This document shows positions 10,493-20,451 of a stretch of DNA of 64,000 nt, piece after piece. The position numbers and the translations under genes are program-made. The notes below the pieces were generated by a model, which saw only the letters and a list, made by a program, of their open reading frames with translations, searched no databases and was not told the DNA's origin. The DNA is from an uncultured Chloroflexia bacterium (lineage in GTDB: Bacteria; Chloroflexota; Limnocylindria; Limnocylindrales; CSP1-4), in contig CAVYIM010000003.1 in assembly GCA_963768655.1 (NCBI GenBank), positions 640,001 to 704,000 on the forward strand. The letters are read 5' to 3'. Numbering within the stretch: position 1 is the stretch's first letter; every line of letters begins with the position of its first letter.

Positions 10493-11056
10493 ATGACTGC
10501 TGCTGAACTGCTGAACGTCGAGGCGCTGCAGAGGCTGGGTGAGGGGCAGGGTCGGCTGCGAGTCCACATCGACGAACCGCCCGGGCTAACCGCGCCTGCG
10601 CGTTTCACCGCGCGTGAGATCCTGACCCAGGCGTCTGGAAAAGTGGTCGGGCGAGTGGGTGCCAGGGGACCGGTCACCGATATCATCGGCACCTATTGGG
10701 GTAGCCCCCGCCTTATGAGCGACCGACTGGTGTCGTGGCTTACGGACCACAACGTAACCGGCTGGCGCGCGGTCCCGGTCGAGATCGAGAACGAACCGGC
10801 TTTGGGGCCCTTGTGGCTTCTGGTCGTAACTGGTAGGGCCGGGCCGGTCTACGGAGTCGACGAGAAGTACCGCGAAGGATTGCCCGCCTTCGGCTACTTC
10901 CTGGACCCGGCGGAATGGGACGGATCGGACCTCTTCGTCCCGGCCAATACGTCCGAGGTCCTCGTGACCGCCCCGTGCGCCGACCTGCTCAAGAAGGCTC
11001 GCTTCAGGAATCTCCGACTGGAGCCAGCAAGCCTGGAGACGAAACCCCACTCCTGA
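10493..11056 (+). CDS. Hypothetical protein, possibly Imm11-like immunity protein
   Basis: Has its own -10 (TACACT 10479-10484); C-terminal LDPAEWDGSDLF...VLVT motif resembles Imm11-type proteins (from memory). Confidence 0.6.
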   Translation: MTAAELLNVEALQRLGEGQGRLRVHIDEPPGLTAPARFTAREILTQASGKVVGRVGARGPVTDIIGTYWGSPRLMSDRLVSWLTDHNVTGWRAVPVEIENEPALGPLWLLVVTGRAGPVYGVDEKYREGLPAFGYFLDPAEWDGSDLFVPANTSEVLVTAPCADLLKKARFRNLRLEPASLETKPHS

Positions 11057-11231
11057 GCCGAACGCAGGCCTCGAACGCAAATTCGCGCACGCCAGTCCGG
11101 GACCATGGTGCTGACGCCGATCCTGTCCGGCTCAGTCGGACATTCGCAGGATCGCGGTGCGCGGCGGCGCGAGCCCGACTGCGGCGCGGCCGCCGCCGCC
11201 CTTGGCCCGCCTCTCGTATCCTTTCAGGCTG

Positions 11232-12359
11232 ATGGCTACCGAACGCAGCTACTACGAGATCCTCGGCGTGGAGCGCAACGCCGACGACGCCGCGATCAAG
11301 CGCGCCTTTCGCAAGCTGGCCCAGCAGTGGCATCCGGACGTCAGCTCGGAGCCGGGCGCGGCCGAGCGGTTCAAGGAGATCAACGAGGCATACCAGGTAC
11401 TGTCCGATCCGAAGCGGCGCCAGATCTACGACATGGTGGGGCGGTCCGGCCTCGGCGACATGGGCGGCGCCGGCTCGCCGTTCGGGGAGGGCTTCCCCGG
11501 GTTCGGCGATCTGTTCGATGCTTTCTTCGCCGGCATGGGCGGCGCGCCGGGTGGGGCCAGGCGCGGCCGGCGGCCGGCGGGCTCCGATCTCAGATACGAC
11601 CTGCGGATCAGCTTCGACGAGGCGGTGCGCGGCATCGAGCGCGAGATCGAGTTCGACGCGCTCGACCGTTGCGGAACCTGCGCCGGCAGCGGGGCCGCGC
11701 CCGGCAGCACGTCCGCGCCGTGCTCGGCCTGCGGCGGACGGGGCGAGATCCGGGCCGTGCGCCAGACGATGCTCGGCCAGATGGTCAACGTCAGCGAATG
11801 CACACGCTGCCACGGCGAGGGGCGTGTGGTGGACACTCCCTGTCAGACGTGCCGCGGCGACGGTCGAGCGCAGAGGCGAAAGAAGCTGCGCGTCTCGATC
11901 CCGGCCGGCATCGACGAAGGGCATCAGATCCGGCTTTCGGGCGAAGGTGAGGCGGGGTCGCGGGGCGGGCCGCCGGGGAATCTGTATGTGGCGGTGCACG
12001 TCACGCCCCACGCCACGCTTCGCCGCGAGGGAACCGAGATCTTCCACGACCTGCAGCTCTCCATCGCTCAGGCCGCGCTCGGGACGCGGGCTCGAATCCC
12101 CACGATCGAAGGCGAGGAGGAGATGGAGATCCGGCCCGGAACGCAGCCCGGGACGGAGATCCGGCTGCGGGGCCGCGGCGTGCCGCACCTGCGCCGGCCC
12201 GGGACGCGCGGCGATCTCCACGTCATCGTCCACGTCAACGTGCCGACGAAGCTCTCGAAGCGGCAACGCCAGCTGCTCGAGGAGCTGGCTGCCGAGTCAG
12301 GCGAGGCCGTGCTGCCGGCCGGCGGCATCTTCGATCGGATGAAAGATGCCCTCGGCTGA
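11232..12359 (+). CDS. dnaJ: Chaperone DnaJ
   Basis: J-domain YYEILGV...HPD, G/F region, four CxxCxGxG repeats. Confidence 0.98.
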   Translation: MATERSYYEILGVERNADDAAIKRAFRKLAQQWHPDVSSEPGAAERFKEINEAYQVLSDPKRRQIYDMVGRSGLGDMGGAGSPFGEGFPGFGDLFDAFFAGMGGAPGGARRGRRPAGSDLRYDLRISFDEAVRGIEREIEFDALDRCGTCAGSGAAPGSTSAPCSACGGRGEIRAVRQTMLGQMVNVSECTRCHGEGRVVDTPCQTCRGDGRAQRRKKLRVSIPAGIDEGHQIRLSGEGEAGSRGGPPGNLYVAVHVTPHATLRREGTEIFHDLQLSIAQAALGTRARIPTIEGEEEMEIRPGTQPGTEIRLRGRGVPHLRRPGTRGDLHVIVHVNVPTKLSKRQRQLLEELAAESGEAVLPAGGIFDRMKDALG

Positions 12360-13428
12360 GGGCGAGGCGAACGGCGCGCAGGCTGGGGCGGGCGCGAGGA
12401 TCGAAGGCACGGCGGGCGAGGGCGCGGCCGCTGCCGATCTGGCCGGTGCGGTATCAGGGCCCGAGCCTGGCGAGCCGCTCGAGTACTCGGCGTTGGGCCC
12501 GGGCGTCTGGGTCGAGCTTTCGGTCGCCGCCGACATCGAGGCCGTCGAGGCGGTCAGCGAGATCCTGACCCGTTTCGCGCCGGGCGGGACCAGCGTCGAG
12601 CCGAGCTTCGGGCTGACCGACGAGGGGCTCGGTGCCGTCGTCGATCCGAGCAAGCCGGCGATCGTTCGGGCGTATCTGCCGGGGCTCGATCCGGCGGGCG
12701 TTCGGCAGGCGATCGCGGAGGCGACGAACGCTCTCGGCCACCTGCAGGCCTTCGGGCTGCGGCCTATCGGCGTGCTGACGACCCGCATCGTGCGCGAGGC
12801 CGATTGGGCCGAGGCGTGGAAGAGCCACTTTCCGGTGCTCCGGGTCGGGCGCCGGCTGGTCATCCGGCCGACGTGGCGCCGCCACCGCCGGCGGCTCGGC
12901 GACGTGGTCCTGTCGCTCGATCCGGGCATGGCCTTTGGGACGGGGCTTCATCCAACCACGCGGCTGTGCCTGGCAGCACTCGAGGCCCTCGCCGATGAGG
13001 GGCTGGTGGCCGATGCCCGCATCCTCGACGTCGGCTGCGGATCGGGGATCCTGGCGATCGCCGCCGGCAAGCTCGGCGCCCGCGACCTGCTCGGCGTCGA
13101 TACCGACCCGGTTGCCGTGGAATCGACCCTTGCCAACGCGCGCCTCAACCTGCTGACCCGCCGCATCCGCGTCCGCCAGGGCAGCGTCCCGACCGGGGAG
13201 CCCGCTTTCGACGTAGTCCTCGCCAACCTCATCGCCTCGCTCCTGGTCCAGCTGGCGTCCTCGCTTCGGGCGGAGCTGTCGCCGGGGGGCCGCATCCTGG
13301 CCTCGGGCATCTTCCGCGACCGCGAGGGCGACGTCTTCGCCGCCTTCCGCGCCGCGGGTCTGGAGATGGGCCGCCGCTGGGCCGAGGAGGATTGGGTCGC
13401 ACTCGAGGCGATCGCGCCGGGGATGTAG
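12346..13428 (+). CDS. prmA: Ribosomal protein L11 methyltransferase
   Basis: DWAEAWK, LDPGMAFGTGLHPTT, LDVGCGSGILAI; follows dnaJ; exact start uncertain. Confidence 0.95.
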   Translation: MPSAEGEANGAQAGAGARIEGTAGEGAAAADLAGAVSGPEPGEPLEYSALGPGVWVELSVAADIEAVEAVSEILTRFAPGGTSVEPSFGLTDEGLGAVVDPSKPAIVRAYLPGLDPAGVRQAIAEATNALGHLQAFGLRPIGVLTTRIVREADWAEAWKSHFPVLRVGRRLVIRPTWRRHRRRLGDVVLSLDPGMAFGTGLHPTTRLCLAALEALADEGLVADARILDVGCGSGILAIAAGKLGARDLLGVDTDPVAVESTLANARLNLLTRRIRVRQGSVPTGEPAFDVVLANLIASLLVQLASSLRAELSPGGRILASGIFRDREGDVFAAFRAAGLEMGRRWAEEDWVALEAIAPGM

Positions 13429-13488
13429 GGGCGGCGCCGGCGTGGGCGGCGCGGGCGTGGGCGGCGCCGGCCGGGGCGGCGCCGCGGG
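13429..13488. repeat. Degenerate 15-bp tandem repeat (GGGCGGCGCCGGCGT)x4 after the prmA stop
   Basis: Read directly from the sequence. Confidence 0.7.
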
Positions 13489-13502
13489 GCCGCCCATTTC
13501 CC

Positions 13503-13690
13503 AACTCCCGTGAGGAGGACATTGAGCAAGGTCCACGGGCGCTCCGAAGCGGGAGCGGCCGGATTGAGGGCGTCTTCGGCCGGGAACGCGGATCAGCCAC
13601 GCTTGCCTGAGCGTGAACACCGTTGTCGCCAGGGAAGACCGTTCGTGCTCGGGCGGCTTGCCTTTGCCCAATGTCCGCGCCATGGGAGAT
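13503..13690. ncRNA. ~190-nt self-complementary element: candidate structured ncRNA (6S-like rod) or MITE
   Basis: Ends pair: CTCCCGTG..GGACATTGAGCAAGG with CCTTTGCCCAATGTCC..CATGGGAG; inner stem GGGCGTCTTC/GAAGACCGTTC; no credible ORF. Confidence 0.45.
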
Positions 13691-13742
13691 CGGCAAGTGC
13701 GCCGGCAGGCACCGCCACTGCGCGGCCGAGTACGATCTGGCG

Positions 13743-15200
13743 GTGAACGAGCGTCCCGCCACTCGCCCTGTCCATCGCGCGGCCATCGCCAACCTTGGCT
13801 GTAAGGTCAACCAGTCGGAGATGGACGCCGTCGAGCGGCTGCTGCGCCAGCGCGGCGTCGAGCTGGTGGGCGCGCACGAAGCGGCGGATCTCGTCGTCGT
13901 CAACACCTGCACCGTGACCTCCATCGCGGACCGCAAGTCGCGCCAGGTCGTTCGCCGGGCCCGCCGGGCCAACCCCGACGCGCAGGTCCTCGTCACCGGC
14001 TGTTCGGTGGCGATCGATCCGGAGTCGCTGGCCGGGGCCGATCCTCTGGCCCGACTCTTCGACAACGACTCGAAGGGCCGGCTGCCGGCCGAGATCGCGA
14101 GCCTGATCGAGCCTGGTGCCGGTCGGCCGATGCCGACGCTTTCGGGGGTCGATCGGGCGGTCGAGCCGGGGGTCGATCGGGCGGTCGAATCGAGCGCCGG
14201 CCGGGCGTTCGAAATCGAGGCCGACGAGGGCTCGATCGATGACGCCTTCGACGATAGGACCGACATCGACCGAACGCGCGCCTTCGTCAAGATCCAGGAC
14301 GGCTGCTCGTTCCATTGCACCTACTGCATCATTCCGCGCGCTCGTGGGCCGGAGCGTTCCATTCCCGCCGATGACGTCGTCGCTGAGGTCCGGCGCGCTG
14401 TGGCGGCCGGCCATCGAGAGGTGGTGCTGACCGGCATCAACGCCGGCACGTACGACGACGGGGGCGACTCGCTGCCGCGCCTGGTTCGCCGCATCCTGGC
14501 CGAGACGGTTGTGGAGCGGATCCGGCTGAGTTCGATCGAGCCGCAGCACGTCACCGCCGAGCTGCTCGAGGTCTGGTGCGGCTCGGCCGGGCGCTGCCTG
14601 CCGCACTTCCACATCCCGCTGCAATCCGGCGACGACACGATCCTGCGCCGCATGGGTCGCCGCTACGACGCCGCGTTCTACGCCGCGTTGGTGGGTCGGG
14701 TGCGGCGGGCCATCCCCGGGCTCGCCGTCCACGCGGACGTGATCGCGGGCTTCCCCGGCGAGGACGATGAGGCCTGGGCGCGGACGATGGCGCTCCTGCG
14801 GGACCTCGATCTGGCGGGTGTCCACGTCTTCCGGTACTCGGCGCGGCCGGGGACGCCGGCGGCGCGAATGGTCGGGCAGGTCGACGGGCGGACGAAGAAG
14901 CGGCGCTCGGCCGAGGCGCTGGCGCTTGCGGCGCAGGCGCGGGCGCGGTTTGCGGAGCGGCAACTCGGCCGCGAGCTGCGGGTCCTGTTCGAACAGCCAC
15001 TCCCCGATGGACGGTGGCTCGGTCATGCGGAGAGCCATGTCCCGGTCGCGGCGGCGCCGGCCAACGGCCGGTCGCTGGAGAACGCGATCGGCCTGATTCG
15101 CGCGGAGTCGATCGATCCGGCCACTCCCGACCGAATCGTGGGCAGGCTCCTGTCGATCTCAGCGGCGCAGGAACCTCTGGCGGAACCGGCCCTCAAGTAG
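13743..15200 (+). CDS. mtaB: Radical SAM methylthiotransferase, MtaB-type
   Basis: LGCKVNQSE, VNTCTVT, KIQDGCSFHCTYCIIP (CxxxCxxC), YSARPGTPAA; conserved position after prmA. Confidence 0.9.
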   Translation: MNERPATRPVHRAAIANLGCKVNQSEMDAVERLLRQRGVELVGAHEAADLVVVNTCTVTSIADRKSRQVVRRARRANPDAQVLVTGCSVAIDPESLAGADPLARLFDNDSKGRLPAEIASLIEPGAGRPMPTLSGVDRAVEPGVDRAVESSAGRAFEIEADEGSIDDAFDDRTDIDRTRAFVKIQDGCSFHCTYCIIPRARGPERSIPADDVVAEVRRAVAAGHREVVLTGINAGTYDDGGDSLPRLVRRILAETVVERIRLSSIEPQHVTAELLEVWCGSAGRCLPHFHIPLQSGDDTILRRMGRRYDAAFYAALVGRVRRAIPGLAVHADVIAGFPGEDDEAWARTMALLRDLDLAGVHVFRYSARPGTPAARMVGQVDGRTKKRRSAEALALAAQARARFAERQLGRELRVLFEQPLPDGRWLGHAESHVPVAAAPANGRSLENAIGLIRAESIDPATPDRIVGRLLSISAAQEPLAEPALK

Positions 15201-15252
15201 CAAGATCGACGTCGCCACAGCCTCGCCCCGTCGGGAGCATCAGGAGCGCGCC

Positions 15253-15600
15253 ATGCCGACCGATTGCCTGTTCTGCCGAATCATCGCCGGCGAGCTGCCA
15301 GCGTCCCAGGTTCATTCGGACGATTCGGTCGTCGCCATCCGCGACATCGCGCCCCAGGCCCCGACGCACATCCTGCTGCTGTCGCGAAAGCACATCGCCT
15401 CGGTGGGCGAGGTCGGCGAGAAGGATCGCGATCTGATCGGCACGATGTTCGCGGTGGGCGCGGAGCTGGCGGCGCGCGAGGGAATCGCCACCGGCGGCTA
15501 CCGCCTCGTCATGAATGTCGGCCGAAACGGCGGTCAGACGGTCGACCACCTGCACGTCCACCTGCTCGGCGGCCGCCCGATGGCCTGGCCTCCCGGCTGA
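15253..15600 (+). CDS. Histidine triad (HIT/Hint) nucleotide-binding protein
   Basis: DCLFCRI, GQTVDHLHVHLLGGR, WPPG C-terminus. Confidence 0.96.
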   Translation: MPTDCLFCRIIAGELPASQVHSDDSVVAIRDIAPQAPTHILLLSRKHIASVGEVGEKDRDLIGTMFAVGAELAAREGIATGGYRLVMNVGRNGGQTVDHLHVHLLGGRPMAWPPG

Positions 15601-15623
15601 TCCGGGCGCAAAGCCTCCCGGCG

Positions 15624-17337
15624 CTAGCGCCTCCGGCCGCCGCCCGCCGGAGAGTGGCGTTGTTCGCGCACCGGCAGAGGCTCGTCGATCGCGGCCCAGG
15701 CCCGGACCCGGTCGCGCTGCACCTTGAAGGTGTGGGTTCGCGGGAAGTCGGCGTCGGGCCAGAGCCGCCAGCCGGCGACGCGCTGATGCACCGCAAGAGT
15801 CCGATTCGCCGCTCGAACGGCTGCCTCGATCTCGGAACGAACGCGGACCGGATCATCGAGCTCGGGGGCGCGGGTAGCATCGGCAGGCTCGTCGGGCTCG
15901 GGCAGCAGGGGCGCGCCGGGCGCCAGCACGACCGCCTCGATCCGGCCGGGCCGCGGCTCGACGACCACCGCGTCGCGGATGCCGGCGGTTCGGAGGGCGT
16001 TCTCGACGTCCTCGGGGTAGACGTTGAGGCCGTTAGGCAGGACGATGATGTCCTTCTTGCGGCCCATCAGAAATCAGGTGGCCGGACGCGTCGTGGCGGC
16101 CGATGTCGCCGGTTCGATACCAGCCGTCGGGCGTGAAGGAGCCGGCGTTCGCGCCGGGATCGCGCCAGTAGCCTGTGAAGAGCGTCGGCCCACAAACCAG
16201 GATCTCGCCGTCGTCGGCGAGCTTGACCTGGACCGGAGGGATCGTCCGGCCCACCGTCCCGAGGCCGTGGTCGCGCTGGTTCGTGGCCGAGGCGACGCCG
16301 CACTCGGTGGCGCCGTAGCCCTGCATGACCACGACCCCCAGGTCCTCCCAGGCCTGCTGCAGCGATGGCGGCAGGAACGCGGCCGCACAGACGATGAGAT
16401 TGAGCGAGCCGCCGAGCTGGCGATGGACCCGGGCGAAAAGGCGGCGACGGGCGGGGTAGGGGAGCCGGCGCGCGACCCGCCGCAGCCGATTGAAGGTGGC
16501 GAGCCTGCCCTGTCGGGCGACCTCGGTCTCGATGGCCGACCAGAAGAGGTCGACGATCTGAGGGACCAGCACGAGCGACGTCGTCCGATGGTCGCGGATC
16601 GCTTCGAAGACGACCCGCGGGTTGCGGCTGCGGATGTAGAGCACGTGGGCGCCGACGCTCATCGCGTAGAAGACGGTCGCGACCTGCTCCAGAAGATGCG
16701 AGAGCGGCAACAGTGAGACCGCTCGATGCTCCTGTTCGGGCAGGAGGTTGTGCGCCGCCTCCAGAGTGCCGATCAGGTTGCCGTGGGTCAGCATCACGCC
16801 CTTCGGCTCGCCGGTGGTGCCCGAGGTGAAGACGACCTCGGCGAGATCCTCGCGGCCGGGGCGCCGCCAGGAGCTCACCTGCGCCTCCCAGTCGGCCGGG
16901 AAGGTGGCGTCGGGTTCCGCGGCGAGTCGCTCCGCGACGGACGACGGGAAGTGCTCGAGGCGCGCGTCGGCCGGGTCCGGGGTGTCGCGGCCGGTGCCGA
17001 GCACGAGGTGGCGGGCATCCGCGCGGGCGGCGATGCGCTCGATGGCGCCGGGCGACATGCGCAAGTCCAGGGGCACGGTGGTGACGCCGGCGCGCATTGC
17101 CCCGAAGTAGAGGGCGGGCACGGCCGGACTCGAAGGCGCCCAGACCAGCAGTCGATCGCCGGGCGCCAGCCCCAACGCGCGAAGCCGCCAGGCGATGATC
17201 CGGCTGCGCCGGTTCAGCTCGCGGTAGGTCCAGTGCTCGGTCGCCCCATCGTCGCCGCGCATTCCGAAGGCGAACCGATCGCCGTACCGGGCTTCGCCCT
17301 GATCGATGATGTCGAGGAGGCTATCGAGGCGGTCCAT
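15624..17337 (-). CDS. Long-chain acyl-CoA synthetase (AMP-binding), split by one frameshift near 16070
   Basis: FTSGTTGEPKG, QGYGATE, WYRTGDIG; GRKKDIIVLPNGLNVYPEDVE follows in another frame; removing one T from CTGATTTCTGATG restores HLILMGRKK. Confidence 0.9.
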
Positions 17338-17516
17338 CGCCAGCCATAGTACAGACATCGAATGCGCGTTCCCCCCGCCAGGTGGGCCGGTAGACAAGCG
17401 TGGGGGGATCGGGCTACACTCCGCGGGCCCTGTTCGTGGGCGGTCTACGCGCGCTCCTCGGAGCGAAGATCCTGGACCGCGATCGCGAGCGAGCCCCAAA
17501 GGAGGTGAGTCCCGGA

Positions 17517-17702
17517 TTGGCAGAAGTCCGTGTGGGTGAGAACGAGAGCTTCGAGAGTGCCCTGCGCCGGTTCAACAAGAAGATCCAGCAGAGCGGCATC
17601 CTGGCCGAGGCCCGTCGCCGCGAGCACTACGAGAAGCCGAGCGTGAAGCGCAAGCGCAAGGAAGCGAAGCGCAAGAAGGTCGCCCGCCAGCAGCAGAGCT
17701 AG
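17517..17702 (+). CDS. rpsU: 30S ribosomal protein S21
   Basis: [12 protein letters not shown]...[16 protein letters not shown]; strong SD AAGGAGGTGA before a TTG start. Confidence 0.97.
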   Translation: MAEVRVGENESFESALRRFNKKIQQSGILAEARRREHYEKPSVKRKRKEAKRKKVARQQQS

Positions 17703-17776
17703 GCCCGACCGACACGCCGTCGATGGGTCGCGCGACCGTGCTGCAGATGCGCCACCCGCCCCGAGGTGCCACACCG

Positions 17777-18241
17777 GTGTCCCTCCGAGATCGACTCGAT
17801 ACCGAGCTGAAGGCCGCAATGCGGTCGCGTGACGCCATGCGCCTCGACGCTCTGCGCATGGTGCTCACCGCCGTCCAGCGCGCCGAGAAGGAAGGCAAGC
17901 ACAGGCTTTCCGACGAAGAGATGCTCGGCCTTCTGGCCCGCGAGCTCAAGGTCCGCCGCGAGTCGGTGGATACCTTCCGCGCCGGCGGCCGGCAGGACCT
18001 CGTTGCCAAAGAGGAGGCCGCCATCGCGGTCGTCTCTGAGTTCATGCCCCAACCACTGTCCGAAGCCGAGCTGCGGTCGATGGTCCAGGCTGCCATCGCC
18101 GAGTCCGGCGCCGCTTCGCCGCGGGACATCGGCAAGGTGATGGGCATTCTCTCGCCCCGGACCCGCGGCCGGGCCGACGGCAAAGCCGTCAGCCAGCTCG
18201 TGACGCAGCTGCTGGCCGCGCGAGCCGCCGGCGGATCGTGA
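17777..18241 (+). CDS. GatB/YqeY domain protein
   Basis: LKAAMRSRD, RRESVDTFRAGGRQDL, DIGKVMG...GRADGK; classic rpsU neighbour. Confidence 0.94.
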   Translation: MSLRDRLDTELKAAMRSRDAMRLDALRMVLTAVQRAEKEGKHRLSDEEMLGLLARELKVRRESVDTFRAGGRQDLVAKEEAAIAVVSEFMPQPLSEAELRSMVQAAIAESGAASPRDIGKVMGILSPRTRGRADGKAVSQLVTQLLAARAAGGS

Positions 18242-18251
18242 CCGTGAAGCC

Positions 18252-20393
18252 GTGCTGAAGGAGCCGCGCGACCTGCCGCGCTCGTTCGGACGACACGACG
18301 CCCTGCGGCTACTGATCGCGGCCTTCATCCTCGTTGCGGGGCTCGCCGTCGGCGTTGCTCCGGACCTGGCGCCCACCAACAGCGGTCTGGCGGCGGACAC
18401 AGTCGCTGGGTTCGCCGTTCAAGCGCCTCGCGACGCCGTCATCGACAACCCGGTCGAGACCGAGGCCGCCCAGGCAGCCGCGGTCGCGGCCGTGCCGCCG
18501 CAGTACGACTACACGCCCCAGCACGCCGCGGTCATCGCCGACAACCAGGTCGCGACGTTGCAGCTGGACATCGCCCCCGTCGACGCGGCCTTCAGCACGA
18601 GCAAGACTCCCGAGGCTCTGCAGGCCGCGCTCGGCACCGTGCTGCCGTCTCTTCCCTACAACGCACGCTCGATCCTGATCGGGCTCGATGCTTCGGGATG
18701 GGCGGCCGTAGAGACGGCCGCGGAGGAACTCCTGCTGACCGTCGAGCAGGCCCAGGAGATTCGGGATGCCACGATCGCGCCGACCATGGTCAGTCAGCAG
18801 ATGCCGGCCGGTCTCACCGGGTCGGAACAGCAGCTCGTCGCGGCTCTGGTGACGCCTCTGGTCGTGGCCAACTCCACGTACAGCGCGACGCTGACCCAGC
18901 AGGCCCAGGAGCAGGCGAGGTCAGCTGTCGCCCCCGTAACCGATACAGTCAAAGCCGGCCAGGTGATCGTGGACCAGGGCCAGCTGATCACCCCGGCCGA
19001 CATGGTCAAGATCCACTACTACGGCCTGGATTCATCGAGTACAGATTGGGGTAAGCCTGCGGCCTGGATCGCGCTCGGCGCCCTGGTGTCGTCTCTGCTG
19101 CTGGCCTGGATGTGGCGCTTCCGACCCGAGTACTGGCATCGCGGCCGGACGCTCGTGCTCGTCGGCTTCGTCTTTCTGCTGGTGGCTCTCACCGAGAAGG
19201 TTCCGGCAGGGCGGGCCTGGCTGCCATATCTAATACCCACGGCTGCCGCCGGAATGCTTCTGGCGGTCCTGCTCGACGCCGGCACCGGGACGGTGATGGT
19301 GGCGCTTCTCGCGACCCTGGCGGGGATGGTGAACGGGTCGTCGCTGGAGCTGACGACCTATGTCTTCCTCGGCGGGCTGGCGGGCATCCTCGCCATCCGC
19401 AAGGGCGAGCGTCAGCATTTCTTCGTCCAGGCCGCCTTCGCCGTTGTGCTCGCGGAAGTGGCGGTCATCGGCGTCTTCTCGTTGCTTGGGCAGCAGGACA
19501 TGACCGGCACGCTGCAGCTGTGGGCTGCGGCCGCGGGCGGTGCGGTCATCGCCAGCGTGGTCACTCTCGGGAGCTTCGCGATCCTGGGCAATCTGTTCGG
19601 CATCCTGACCGGTTCGCAGCTGCTCGAGCTGGCCAATCCTTCGCAGCCGCTCCTGCGACGGCTCCTTGTGGAGACGCCGGGCACGTACCACCACTCGCTC
19701 ATGGTCGGCAACCTGGCCGAACGGGCGGCCGAGTCGATCGGCGGCGACGCGTTGCTGGCGCGCGTGGCGGCCTACTATCACGATGTCGGCAAGCTGGCCA
19801 ATCCGCTCGTCTTCATCGAGAACCAGCAGGGAGGCGACAACGTCCACAACCAGCTGGAACCCGAGGACAGCGCCGCGATCCTGCGCCAGCACGTCGCGGA
19901 TGGCGTGAATCTGGCTCTCAAGGCCAGACTGCCCAAGCCTCTGATCGCCTTCATCCCGCAGCACCACGGAACCTCTCTGATCGCCTTCTTCTACGCCAAG
20001 GCACGCGAGGCGGCAGCGGCTCCGCTCGGCGGCCTGGATACCAAGGCCGGCCGCGCGGCGGCCGAAGCCGTCGATCAGAAGCCCTTCCGCCACGCCGGCC
20101 CCAAGCCCCAATCACGGGAGGCGGCGGTGCTGATGCTCGCCGACGGCGTCGAGGCGTCCGTTCGCTCGCTTTCGAGCCGCGACGAGGCGACAATCAGGGC
20201 GATGGTCACCCAGATCATCGGCGAGCGCCTCGCCGACGGCCAGTTGAACGAGTGCGACCTGACCATCCGAGACCTCGACAGCGTCCGCGAGGCCTTCGTC
20301 GGACAGCTTCTCGGCATGTACCACCAGCGGATCGCCTATCCTCAGAACAAGATCGTCGAGATCGAGTCACGTCGCGGGCGTGGCTTGGGCTAG
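18252..20393 (+). CDS. 7TM-HD phosphohydrolase (PgpH-like, putative c-di-AMP phosphodiesterase)
   Basis: Extracellular domain, about 7 TM, then PGTYHHS, YYHDVGK, QHHGT, MLADGVEA; upstream of ybeY. Confidence 0.9.
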   Translation: MLKEPRDLPRSFGRHDALRLLIAAFILVAGLAVGVAPDLAPTNSGLAADTVAGFAVQAPRDAVIDNPVETEAAQAAAVAAVPPQYDYTPQHAAVIADNQVATLQLDIAPVDAAFSTSKTPEALQAALGTVLPSLPYNARSILIGLDASGWAAVETAAEELLLTVEQAQEIRDATIAPTMVSQQMPAGLTGSEQQLVAALVTPLVVANSTYSATLTQQAQEQARSAVAPVTDTVKAGQVIVDQGQLITPADMVKIHYYGLDSSSTDWGKPAAWIALGALVSSLLLAWMWRFRPEYWHRGRTLVLVGFVFLLVALTEKVPAGRAWLPYLIPTAAAGMLLAVLLDAGTGTVMVALLATLAGMVNGSSLELTTYVFLGGLAGILAIRKGERQHFFVQAAFAVVLAEVAVIGVFSLLGQQDMTGTLQLWAAAAGGAVIASVVTLGSFAILGNLFGILTGSQLLELANPSQPLLRRLLVETPGTYHHSLMVGNLAERAAESIGGDALLARVAAYYHDVGKLANPLVFIENQQGGDNVHNQLEPEDSAAILRQHVADGVNLALKARLPKPLIAFIPQHHGTSLIAFFYAKAREAAAAPLGGLDTKAGRAAAEAVDQKPFRHAGPKPQSREAAVLMLADGVEASVRSLSSRDEATIRAMVTQIIGERLADGQLNECDLTIRDLDSVREAFVGQLLGMYHQRIAYPQNKIVEIESRRGRGLG

Positions 20394-20451
20394 AAGAGGA
20401 GGGATCCTGGCCGATGAGGGCGTGGGCCATCGGCGCGGAAGCGCCGAGGGC

